DNA from: a virus
Taxonomy: Duplodnaviria; Caudoviricetes
DNA: 64,000 nucleotides
IMG/VR virus record: IMGVR_UViG_2904899368_000001
Location: 5,901 to 69,900 of that record
Direction: 5' to 3' (one strand)
Below are positions 1-8,562 of this stretch, in pieces (within the stretch, counting starts at the first letter, position 1; every line of letters begins with the position of its first letter). A program made the position numbers and the translations under genes. Under the pieces are notes generated by a model. It had not been told where the DNA came from. It did no database searches and saw nothing but the letters and a program-made list of their open reading frames with translations.

Positions 1-3
1 GCG

Positions 4-450
4 ATGCAATGGGGTACTGATCAGGAAGAAAATGCCAGAGAGCTGTATGAACGTCTGACAGGAAGACATATAGTTGAGACAGGATCATGCAAACACCCTG
101 CCATAGAACATTTCGCAAGCAGTCCTGACGGTTATTATTACGATGAAGAAACCGGTGAAAAAGGCTGTCTGGAAATCAAATGCCCGATTCAAAGCACTTT
201 CATGAAGTATAAAAGTGAAATACACAACAATGCGTCGCTGCTTGATGTCAAGTTCGAGTATTTCTACCAGTGCATGGCCCATATGATGTGCACAGGTGCG
301 CAATGGACTGATTTTGTTGTTTACAACCCTTTCCAGAGCAATCCTATCCATATAGTAAGGATATTGCCGGATGAAGCAGTGTTTGCAGAAATGGAGAAGC
401 GCATCCGTGTGGCTGATGATATTGTCAAAGAACTGATTGATGTAGAATGA
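4..450 (+). CDS. YqaJ/lambda-exonuclease-family recombination nuclease (5' partial)
   Basis: WG...E..AR, SSPDG, LEIKCP and YYYQC-like (YFYQC) motifs. Confidence 0.85.
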   Translation: MQWGTDQEENARELYERLTGRHIVETGSCKHPAIEHFASSPDGYYYDEETGEKGCLEIKCPIQSTFMKYKSEIHNNASLLDVKFEYFYQCMAHMMCTGAQWTDFVVYNPFQSNPIHIVRILPDEAVFAEMEKRIRVADDIVKELIDVE

Positions 451-662
451 TGAAACCGGATATTATAATCAAACAACTTGATAACGGATGTTTTGACGTC
501 CAGATTGCCAATAAAAGTACAGACCAATTATCATTTGATGAAATGCTTGGGCTTGTTGCACAATTGACTGTACCTGAAAACAAGAGATGCCTGCAATGGC
601 TTAAAACAAAAGAGCAACATGAAACTTTCAGAAATAGAAACTTAAAAACAATAGAACAATGA
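447..662 (+). CDS. hypothetical phage protein
   Basis: ATGA overlaps on both sides; in operon. Confidence 0.6.
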   Translation: MMKPDIIIKQLDNGCFDVQIANKSTDQLSFDEMLGLVAQLTVPENKRCLQWLKTKEQHETFRNRNLKTIEQ

Positions 663-1735
663 ATACACAGATAGCAATCCAGGAAAGCGATCTTGAACTG
701 ATCGTTAGTGAAAAGACGTTAGGTAGTCTTACTACCAACGCAAAGCAAATCAGAGATATGGTAAAAGCCGCTTTGCCAATGTATGATATCTCCAATTATA
801 ACGATGAGAATATCGATCAGGCAAAGAAAGACAAGGCAGCTTTAAACAAGGCGGCGAAAGCCCTCAATGCCAAACGTCTTGAAATTGAGAAAGAATTCAT
901 GAAACCTTTCGGGGAGTTCAAGGACGTTGTAACCGAAACCGTGAAACTTATCGACGAGTGCTCTGCCAAGATTGACACGGTAGTCAAGCAAAACGAACAG
1001 CAATACAAGGATAGAAAGAAAGCCACTATCAAGACTTACTTTGATGGATTGAATGTCAACCTTGTAGACTTCAATAAGGTTTTCAAGTCTGAGTGGCTCA
1101 ACAAATCCGCAAGCATGAAGTCTGTATGCAACGAAATTGATTCCATATTCTCCAAAGTCGAGAACGAACTTTCCACGCTGAAGGGGTTTGGTGAGGATTT
1201 CGATGTCCTTCGTACTTATTATATGGATACGCTCAATATCGCATCCACCATCCAGTATGCCAACCGTCTGAAGGAGCAGCGTGAGCGTGCCAAAGCAGCA
1301 GAAGAAGCGCGCATCAAGGCAGAGCAGGAAAAAAAGGCTGCTGAAGAAGCGCAGATGAAAGAGGAAGCGGAACGAGCCAAACAGAATTCAGTCAATCCAT
1401 TTGCAAGAGCCAGTCAGCTGGTCACCAATGAACCACCTTCCTTTGTCGAGCAAACCAAAGCTCAGGAACCGGAGCTTCTGACGAGAGCTTTTACTGTTAC
1501 CACAACTCGTGAAAATATAATCGCTCTTGGTGACTTCATGAATGATAATAATATTGATTTCGACAAGATTGAACTTGCAGATACCCTATGCAATACAGAT
1601 TTGAATTCCATTGTCAGAATGCTTGAATATAGTGCAAATCTGATAGACAAAACCTCTACCAAACCTTGCGAAGCAGATAAGGCAAGGCAATTCAGAAACA
1701 TGATAAAGAAAATTCAAAAGAAAATAGAACAATGA
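659..1735 (+). CDS. DUF1351-like coiled-coil phage protein
   Basis: AKKDKAALNK...KRLEIEKEFMKPF pattern; position next to the recombination exonuclease. Confidence 0.7.
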   Translation: MNTQIAIQESDLELIVSEKTLGSLTTNAKQIRDMVKAALPMYDISNYNDENIDQAKKDKAALNKAAKALNAKRLEIEKEFMKPFGEFKDVVTETVKLIDECSAKIDTVVKQNEQQYKDRKKATIKTYFDGLNVNLVDFNKVFKSEWLNKSASMKSVCNEIDSIFSKVENELSTLKGFGEDFDVLRTYYMDTLNIASTIQYANRLKEQRERAKAAEEARIKAEQEKKAAEEAQMKEEAERAKQNSVNPFARASQLVTNEPPSFVEQTKAQEPELLTRAFTVTTTRENIIALGDFMNDNNIDFDKIELADTLCNTDLNSIVRMLEYSANLIDKTSTKPCEADKARQFRNMIKKIQKKIEQ

Positions 1736-2175
1736 AAATTACAATCAGCAAAACAACCGAGTTTGAAGCGGTCTACCTGAAAGTGGATGCAGGTGTACGC
1801 TATTGGGAAGACGCAGAAGTAAACGGAGTTAGTGATTCTGAAAATCCGCCAACTATTCCTTGTGCTGAATTTATCCATGCCGATAATGAATACCGCTGGC
1901 GACCTATTATCGACATCGACAATGGAGTTATCACTAATTGGGAAAAAGGTTTTACCGCACAAGTTCACTATAAGGTATGCGATGATGGCATTTATACAGT
2001 TACTGATAAAGATGGCAACATCATTGTTGAGCATGAGGGTTACGTTCCATCCATCATGTGCCCGGAAGATGAAGGATATGGCGACTACATCATTATGAAT
2101 ATTGACGAAAATGGATTTATTCAAGGATGGGAAAAAGAATTGATTAGTAGAATTATAAAAAAGTATGAGGATTAA
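1732..2175 (+). CDS. conserved hypothetical phage protein
   Basis: 147-aa ORF coupled to neighbours; VRYWED and GYGDYIIM motifs. Confidence 0.65.
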   Translation: MKITISKTTEFEAVYLKVDAGVRYWEDAEVNGVSDSENPPTIPCAEFIHADNEYRWRPIIDIDNGVITNWEKGFTAQVHYKVCDDGIYTVTDKDGNIIVEHEGYVPSIMCPEDEGYGDYIIMNIDENGFIQGWEKELISRIIKKYED

Positions 2176-2592
2176 ATGAAAGCATTATTTAAAATGGACT
2201 TCGATTGCGGAAGAATGGGCAATCTTGAAGGAGTATTTATTGCAGACACAGAAGATGTCGAATACTTAGTGAATAACAAAATCAGTGTTTACTTCGGTGA
2301 AGTACTTGGCAAACACTCTGAAATATCCGGGTGTGTGGCTGAAAGTGAAATCAAACAAATAACCACCGATGAAAATGTAATCAAGATAGTTGAAGAATAT
2401 GGGCTCAACAGTGGGTATAATCCATTTGAATACACTCTTTGTACATCAGAAACGGAAGATATACCAGACAACGGAGTTGATTGGGATGATTGTACTGTAC
2501 AAGAATACATAGACTTTATGAGGAAAGGTATAATACCCCAATATTACGAGAAAGATTATAAAGAATGGCTAAGTAGCCAAAAGGAGGATTAA
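2176..2592 (+). CDS. hypothetical phage protein
   Basis: 138-aa ORF abutting the previous gene. Confidence 0.6.
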   Translation: MKALFKMDFDCGRMGNLEGVFIADTEDVEYLVNNKISVYFGEVLGKHSEISGCVAESEIKQITTDENVIKIVEEYGLNSGYNPFEYTLCTSETEDIPDNGVDWDDCTVQEYIDFMRKGIIPQYYEKDYKEWLSSQKED

Positions 2593-2701
2593 ATCATGCA
2601 AGACTATATTTCAGATTGGTTCATCCCGATGGACTTTGGGTATGACATTCCGGACGAAGAGCCGGACGGTGAGGACAACTTTAATTTTGACTGAGAGTGG
2701 T

Positions 2702-2848
2702 ATGAAAGAGTATATTTATTTAATCCTGTTTCTGATAATAGGAATTGTTGTCGGGAATAGGGTATTCAATCACTTACACGCATGGCTGGGCGTAACAATA
2801 ATATCAGCCACAATAATTTTCTTTATTTACAAACTGATAAAACATTGA
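2702..2848 (+). CDS. small membrane protein
   Basis: two hydrophobic segments; directly precedes the SPFH gene. Confidence 0.55.
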   Translation: MKEYIYLILFLIIGIVVGNRVFNHLHAWLGVTIISATIIFFIYKLIKH

Positions 2849-2851
2849 AAG

Positions 2852-3640
2852 ATGAAAAGACTGATTAAGTTAACGATGGTATGTATGACCTTAGTAATGT
2901 TTGTCTCCTGTGAGAGAGTAGCCCCTAATTATGCAGGTGTCCTTATGGAGAATTACGGCAAGCAGGGAAAGGAGGATTTCAAGATTGTTTCCGGCAAAGT
3001 GTCCACATGGGAATTGGGCACAGAACTTTTTCAGGTTCCGCTATTCGATCAGCGTGGAGAATTCGCTGAAGCTGTCACACTGAAAGCTGCTGACAACACG
3101 GAGTTCAAAGCGTGTCCTACATACAGCTATAAAGTTATCAAGAACCGTGCCATTGATGTTGTCTTTGACAACAAGCATATTGGTCGTGGAAGTGACTTTA
3201 TGTCTTCGTTGGAAGATAACATTTTGGAACCACGTATATATGATTTGATAAAGGAGGAAAGTCGGAAGCATAAGACCGATAGCCTGATGGCTGACGGAGG
3301 GTCGTTGGTGTTTGAGAAACGGTTGGAACAGATAGTTGACATGGAGTTTGAAAAAAGAGGTCTGCAACTGCTCACATTCTCCGCACAACTGGAGTTCTCC
3401 GAAAAGGTCCGTGAGAAGATTGACAGCCGGAATGAAGTGAACACTAATATATCCGTACTGGACCAACAGATTGAGGAACAGAAGAAACGCAACGAGCTGG
3501 AACAGTTGAAAACCGAACAGGCTCTTATCCAGTCAAAAGGTCTTACCAAAGAAATTCTTTACAAACAGTTCATTGACAAATGGGATGGGAAGTCGCCGAT
3601 TTACGGTTCTATCCCTGATTTGATCAGAATACAGAAATAA
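2852..3640 (+). CDS. SPFH/Band-7 domain (lipo)protein
   Basis: lipoprotein-like N-terminus (FVSC), SPFH-like core, coiled coil, FIDKWDG tail. Confidence 0.75.
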   Translation: MKRLIKLTMVCMTLVMFVSCERVAPNYAGVLMENYGKQGKEDFKIVSGKVSTWELGTELFQVPLFDQRGEFAEAVTLKAADNTEFKACPTYSYKVIKNRAIDVVFDNKHIGRGSDFMSSLEDNILEPRIYDLIKEESRKHKTDSLMADGGSLVFEKRLEQIVDMEFEKRGLQLLTFSAQLEFSEKVREKIDSRNEVNTNISVLDQQIEEQKKRNELEQLKTEQALIQSKGLTKEILYKQFIDKWDGKSPIYGSIPDLIRIQK

Positions 3641-3686
3641 CTTTGTTAACCTTGCCTTCCCGGTCTGTGAAGATAGGGCGGCAAAC

Positions 3687-3853
3687 GGGAGGTTGGCGGA
3701 AATAGCAGACGCTAATCAAGATGTAAGGTGCAAAATTCTAGGATAACCGTTAACATCCAAACCGGCAACCTACGAGACATCTTAGGGGAGCTGACTTGAA
3801 ATCAGTGAACTGCAAAAACACCACTCATGCAGGTTCGAATCCTGCACCTCCCA
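3687..3853 (+). ncRNA. oversized tRNA-like RNA (167 nt) with a Ser(UGA)-type anticodon arm and a large insertion after the D arm
   Basis: acceptor GGGAGGT/ACCTCCC+A; D arm GCGG..ACGC; T arm GCAGG-TTCGAAT-CCTGC; GCTGA-CTTGAAA-TCAGT at 3790-3806. Confidence 0.65.
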
Positions 3854-3899
3854 CTATAAATGAATAAACGTTGAATATAAAACTTTAAAAGAATTAATT

Positions 3900-4535
3900 A
3901 TGATGCATACTTGGTTTGAATGCAAAATCCGTTACGAAAAGGTAATGGAAAACGGCATGAACAAGAAAGTAACTGAACCCTATCTGGTTGACGCGTTGAG
4001 CTTTACTGAAGCAGAAGCCCGTATCATTGAAGAAATCACTCCGTATATCAGCGGCGAGTTCACTGTTTCGGACATCAAACGCGCCAACTACAGCGAACTG
4101 TTCCCCTCTGAAGAAGATGCAGCCGACCGTTGGTTTAAGTGTAAGCTGTTCTTCATCACGCTGGACGAAAAAAGCGGAGCGGAGAAAAAGACCTCCACTA
4201 CCGTATTGGTACAGGCTTCCGATCTTCGCGACGCTGTAAAGAAACTGGACGAAGGAATGAAAGGTACAATGGCAGACTATCAGATCGCATCCGTAGCCGA
4301 AACCGCCATCATGGATGTATATCCGTATGAAGCTAAGGAAGTTCCGATATCCAACACTCAGATATCGGAAGGTGCTGATTCTCCTGTAGTACGCAATTTT
4401 ATCCAGTCCCTACCGGATGGTTGCAGGACAACCATAACAGTAGCAGGAAAGCAGGTTGTTGTCGACAAGACCGGCAAGGACACAGTAGTAACCCCACATA
4501 AGGAAAAAGACGATGACATACGAAGAGATGATTAA
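3900..4535 (+). CDS. DUF4494 domain protein
   Basis: HTWFECKIRYEK...YLVDALSFTEAEARI and DRWFKCKL motifs. Confidence 0.8.
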   Translation: MMHTWFECKIRYEKVMENGMNKKVTEPYLVDALSFTEAEARIIEEITPYISGEFTVSDIKRANYSELFPSEEDAADRWFKCKLFFITLDEKSGAEKKTSTTVLVQASDLRDAVKKLDEGMKGTMADYQIASVAETAIMDVYPYEAKEVPISNTQISEGADSPVVRNFIQSLPDGCRTTITVAGKQVVVDKTGKDTVVTPHKEKDDDIRRDD

Positions 4536-4920
4536 AAAAGCGCAGTCGTACAAAATGCGCGGGAAGCCGAAGAATGACGAGCACCGCATACAGTCCGCTT
4601 GTGTCCGCTGGTTCCGTTTAAAATATCCGAAACTTAAAAACGTGCTTTTTGCTGTTCCCAATGGTGGCAGACGTGATGCCATCACCGGAGCGAGACTGAA
4701 GGAGGAAGGTGCAACCAGCGGAGTGTCAGATTTGATACTGCTGAAGAGCAACCGCTTCTATGGAGGACTTTGCATTGAGATGAAAAAGCCGGGAGGCCGC
4801 CAGTCTCCTGCACAAAAGGAATGGCAGAAGGATGCGGAAGCCAACGGAGCGAAATACGTCGTCTGTAAATCATTGGATGAGTTTATGAAAGTGACAACTG
4901 ATTATTTGAATGACGTATGA
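4513..4920 (+). CDS. VRR-NUC domain nuclease
   Basis: EHRIQ, FAVPNGG, GVSDLILL, IEMK..GGRQS..QK motifs. Confidence 0.85.
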   Translation: MTYEEMIKKAQSYKMRGKPKNDEHRIQSACVRWFRLKYPKLKNVLFAVPNGGRRDAITGARLKEEGATSGVSDLILLKSNRFYGGLCIEMKKPGGRQSPAQKEWQKDAEANGAKYVVCKSLDEFMKVTTDYLNDV

Positions 4921-4959
4921 CAAACAGAAAAACTATAAACCATAAATTGAATTGCAAGT

Positions 4960-5403
4960 ATGGAGATAAACTGTAAATATTGTCCTAAAAACGATGGGAC
5001 CGGCAACTGCCTCATTAACGGATGCCCCCTGCCTCCTGTCATAAAGGAGATAGAAGAAATGCAGTCCTTTTTGGAGATAACCGCAAGTGACAATCCAAAG
5101 GAGCTTATAGACCGCCTCACTGATATAAACGTCTATCTCGCACGCTCTGGCAAGCTGCTTGCTGACGCCAAGGCATATCAGGATCAGGTGACAGCGAATG
5201 TATATGCCAGCCACATGGAATTCATCTCACGTGTTCCCGCGACTGTCGCCATGAAATTTGTCGCCGCGCAAAGTGTGACCGCCAATCAGATTGTGACATG
5301 GCTGGACCGTATAAACCGTACCCTCGTCCATGCCGGAGACAATATCAGGACCCAGATATCCTTTGCCAAACAGGATATGGCACTGCAAAGGAAAGGCTAC
5401 TGA
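4960..5403 (+). CDS. hypothetical phage protein
   Basis: 147-aa ORF in operon. Confidence 0.6.
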   Translation: MEINCKYCPKNDGTGNCLINGCPLPPVIKEIEEMQSFLEITASDNPKELIDRLTDINVYLARSGKLLADAKAYQDQVTANVYASHMEFISRVPATVAMKFVAAQSVTANQIVTWLDRINRTLVHAGDNIRTQISFAKQDMALQRKGY

Positions 5404-5509
5404 TAAATAACGTTTAAATTATTGATATTCAGAAATATATTTATTGTAATCCCATAACAAAAAGTTAACTTTACAATATATATAACAAACTGATTATCAA
5501 ACAATAGAC

Positions 5510-6011
5510 ATGATGAAAAAGGATACAAAAAGGAAATCATTTGTCTTCTATATAGAATGGCAGGAAGTGCTGATGGAATATCCTGAGGAGGTCAGACTTG
5601 AAGTGTACGATGCAATTATCAAGTACGCCGCATCGGGGACACTGTCGGAGCAGAAACCGTTGGCTAAAATGGCATTCTCTTTTATAAAGAAACAGATAGA
5701 TGAGAATTTGCTACATGAACCTCCAAGCGGAGAAAACCACTGGAACTGGAAATGTGGAATTACTGATGATAACCACAGATGCAGGAATTCAAGCGGCTAT
5801 AGAAATTGGCGAAATTCAGTCTTGGAAAGAGACAACTTTACATGTTGCCGTTGTAAAAAACGTAACGTGGAGTTAAATACACACCATATCAAACCATTTT
5901 CTTTATATCCCGAATTGAGATTCGATATAGATAATGGCATTACATTGTGTCGAGAAATGTCATATAGGACTACATAAAGAACAAATGAAATGGGAAAAGA
6001 AAGTTTTTTGA
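5510..6011 (+). CDS. DUF6291-like N-terminus fused to an HNH endonuclease (1-nt insertion near 5955)
   Basis: RKSFVFY..YDAIIKYA N-terminus; RDNFTCCRC, HHIKPF, NGITLCRE; removing one A restores LCRECH. Confidence 0.7.
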
Positions 6012-6784
6012 TATATAAATCGTTTTACAAGCCTATATCGAAGTTATCGGACAAGCAACTTGGAAGATTATTCCGAGCTATATTCAAGTATCAACTTGGC
6101 GAGATTATTACGGTAGAGGAGGACATTGAAATAGCATTTGAGTTCTTCAAGAATCAATTTGAAATAGATGAAAACAAATACCATGGCATTGTCGAGAGAA
6201 ACCGTAGTAATGGAAGCAAAGGGGGTGCTCCGAAGAGAGCGAAGAATGATAATTCGGATGATATTGGAACAACCCAAATAAACCCAAATAACCCAGTGGG
6301 TTTTTCAGAACCCAAAAAAGCCGATAATGATAATGTAAATGATAATAATAACTCTCTCTCTAGCGCGCATACGCGTGAAAACCTGGGCGATATTTCATCA
6401 GAAACATTCGATATGGATTTAGATAAATGCTTCGCGGACCTAAAGTCTGAGGAAGGATGGCTGAGGAATGCTTGGGAACGGGCATACAGGAACGGATTCA
6501 GGAACTTCACTTTGGATGAATGCAAAGACAAATACGTTGACCTGTACTATTGGAAGCTAAAGGGGGAAGGCGTTACACACAAGTCTGTTTCAGATGCAAA
6601 ACGCCATTTCTCAAACTGGTTGATAACGGAACTTAAAAAACAGAAAGATGACAGAGCAAGAACAAAAACTTTCAGCAGAGCTACAACAGATCCGACAGGA
6701 AAAGTCATTTGCGGCGAAACTGAAACAGGAACAGATATACAATCTGGTGGAGCGTCACAAAAAGACTATTCTGCAAGATTTTGA
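5990..6784 (+). CDS. putative replication initiator (DUF6291 N-terminus)
   Basis: KESFLIY..LSDKQLGRLFRAIFKY; NDNVND linker; HFSNWL C-terminal motif; followed by an ATPase. Confidence 0.7.
   Translation: MGKESFLIYKSFYKPISKLSDKQLGRLFRAIFKYQLGEIITVEEDIEIAFEFFKNQFEIDENKYHGIVERNRSNGSKGGAPKRAKNDNSDDIGTTQINPNNPVGFSEPKKADNDNVNDNNNSLSSAHTRENLGDISSETFDMDLDKCFADLKSEEGWLRNAWERAYRNGFRNFTLDECKDKYVDLYYWKLKGEGVTHKSVSDAKRHFSNWLITELKKQKDDRARTKTFSRATTDPTGKVICGETETGTDIQSGGASQKDYSARF
6271..6304. repeat. iteron-like direct repeats inside the initiator gene (candidate origin)
   Basis: AACCCAAATA x2 plus ACCCA, followed by the inverted GTGGGTTTT. Confidence 0.35.
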
Positions 6785-7436
6785 ATATGACCTGACGAAT
6801 CCAGCCGAATATTACGCCCATCGTGATCTTGTCAGGCAGCTGGGCAATGATTATACTGGACGTGAATTCAGGGAGTTCGAGGTTGACGAGAACAACTCGA
6901 AGATATTGTCTTTCCTGCTGTATTACTTCAACGGATGCAGACTGGCCGAGAAAGTGTTTCCCGATGAGGATTACAAGATTCACAAGAACCTGCTGATTGT
7001 CGGGACACCCGGCACTGGAAAAACAATGATCATGCAGATTTTCGCCGATTATCTGCGTCTGACACGGAATCCCAGTCAGTTTGAAAACCTCTCCGTCACC
7101 CAGATGATGAACTACTACAAGATGAACGGACACATAGACCTGTATTCCTACAACGAGGGGCAGTCAAAAGGATTCAAGCCCGCCCCGTTCAATATCTGTC
7201 TGAATGACATAGGTCTGGAAACCGAGAATCAGAAGAGCTACGGTACCAGTCTTGACAGCGTGATAGACGAGTTTCTCTATGCGCGTTATGAGATTTACCA
7301 GCAGTTCGGGAAGAAATACCATATCACCAGCAATCTGAACATCGGTGATTTCAGGAAACGGTTTGAAGGACGTCTGATTGACAGGTTCAAGAGTTTTAAT
7401 GTCATTCCCTTGCTCGGAAACAGCCGCAGGAGATGA
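6648..7436 (+). CDS. P-loop ATPase, DnaC/IstB-like helicase loader
   Basis: Walker A GTPGTGKT; LNDIG; ITSNL; RLIDRF. Confidence 0.8.
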   Translation: MTEQEQKLSAELQQIRQEKSFAAKLKQEQIYNLVERHKKTILQDFEYDLTNPAEYYAHRDLVRQLGNDYTGREFREFEVDENNSKILSFLLYYFNGCRLAEKVFPDEDYKIHKNLLIVGTPGTGKTMIMQIFADYLRLTRNPSQFENLSVTQMMNYYKMNGHIDLYSYNEGQSKGFKPAPFNICLNDIGLETENQKSYGTSLDSVIDEFLYARYEIYQQFGKKYHITSNLNIGDFRKRFEGRLIDRFKSFNVIPLLGNSRRR

Positions 7437-7544
7437 CAGTTATATTAAGTTAAGCAGATGCGTTTTTAAGATTATATTATTTGAGAAACAAATAAATAAA
7501 AGTTATCTTTACATACATAAAAGAATTAATAAAAACCAAGAGCA

Positions 7545-8063
7545 ATGAACATTACGAAAGTTTTGGCGGAAGAAGTTGCCAATAAAATGGTAGAGCCGTT
7601 AGAAAAGAAAATCAACCTGTTGCATGATGAACAGGTCAGGATTACGGAAGAGGTGATCCGAAAATCCATTCCACAGGAAATCACCGACTGTTTTCAAAAG
7701 TTCCGGTCTTATTTCTCTGTTGCATATAGCATCACACTGTTTAACGGTTCCTATGAAAAACGTGTTGCCGGACTGAAAGGATTTCCCAGCGCAAACGCTT
7801 ACTATCCTCACATTGAGGCGGACAGGGAAGTTATTGAAAAGATAGACAAACTGGAAATCGAGATCAGTGCGGTAAAGGATGAGAAGACCAAGGTATATGA
7901 ATCAGTCGTTGCGTCACTTCTGACATTACGGACATTCAAAAGAATCAAAGAGAATTTCCCTGAGGCATACAGACATATTGCCTGCTATGAAGATAAGGGA
8001 AAAACATCCGTATCCCTGCCGATAGACAATATCATGGACACTTTGAAAAAATACACCGTATGA
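7545..8063 (+). CDS. hypothetical phage protein
   Basis: 172-aa ORF after an AT-rich promoter-like gap (TATCTTTAC near 7504). Confidence 0.6.
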   Translation: MNITKVLAEEVANKMVEPLEKKINLLHDEQVRITEEVIRKSIPQEITDCFQKFRSYFSVAYSITLFNGSYEKRVAGLKGFPSANAYYPHIEADREVIEKIDKLEIEISAVKDEKTKVYESVVASLLTLRTFKRIKENFPEAYRHIACYEDKGKTSVSLPIDNIMDTLKKYTV

Positions 8064-8156
8064 CATCTTGGGGAAGTTCACATTTTACAACTTCTCCCCT
8101 ATTCTGCGGATAATCTGACTTTATTTTTATTTGAAAGTCAAACAAAATTTATTATT

Positions 8157-8558
8157 ATGCAAGAAACAACTCAATTGAACACACTGACCAACATCGTATT
8201 TGTCCTCACGGACGTTTTAGAAACCAACCTTCTAGAAATGCAGCAGCAATACAAGAAGGAAGGCTTTGAATTGCGGCACGATTCAAAAAGAAACTTCAAC
8301 ACAGCCATAGCCGCGATAAAGAGATTGAAAAGTGATGTGAATCATTGCAGCGAATCCACTCAGGAAAACTTCGGCAATGATTCTGACATGGTGAACGCCA
8401 TGTTGCTCACACTGATTGACAGATGCGGTGATGATGACAACCTCGCTTATAAGATGTACGAATACATTAAATCTTTCCCGTCCAAACTGAATCTGGACTT
8501 GGATTTGGATAATGCGTTCAGCCACCTGTTTAGAAAGGAGAAATCAACAAAAGAATAG
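8157..8558 (+). CDS. hypothetical phage protein
   Basis: 133-aa ORF. Confidence 0.6.
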   Translation: MQETTQLNTLTNIVFVLTDVLETNLLEMQQQYKKEGFELRHDSKRNFNTAIAAIKRLKSDVNHCSESTQENFGNDSDMVNAMLLTLIDRCGDDDNLAYKMYEYIKSFPSKLNLDLDLDNAFSHLFRKEKSTKE

Positions 8559-8562
8559 CATA

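Noticed and set aside
3687-3853. tmRNA or group I intron-containing tRNA
   Set aside because: Too short for either; it has a D stem, no tag ORF, and the insert is not in the anticodon loop.
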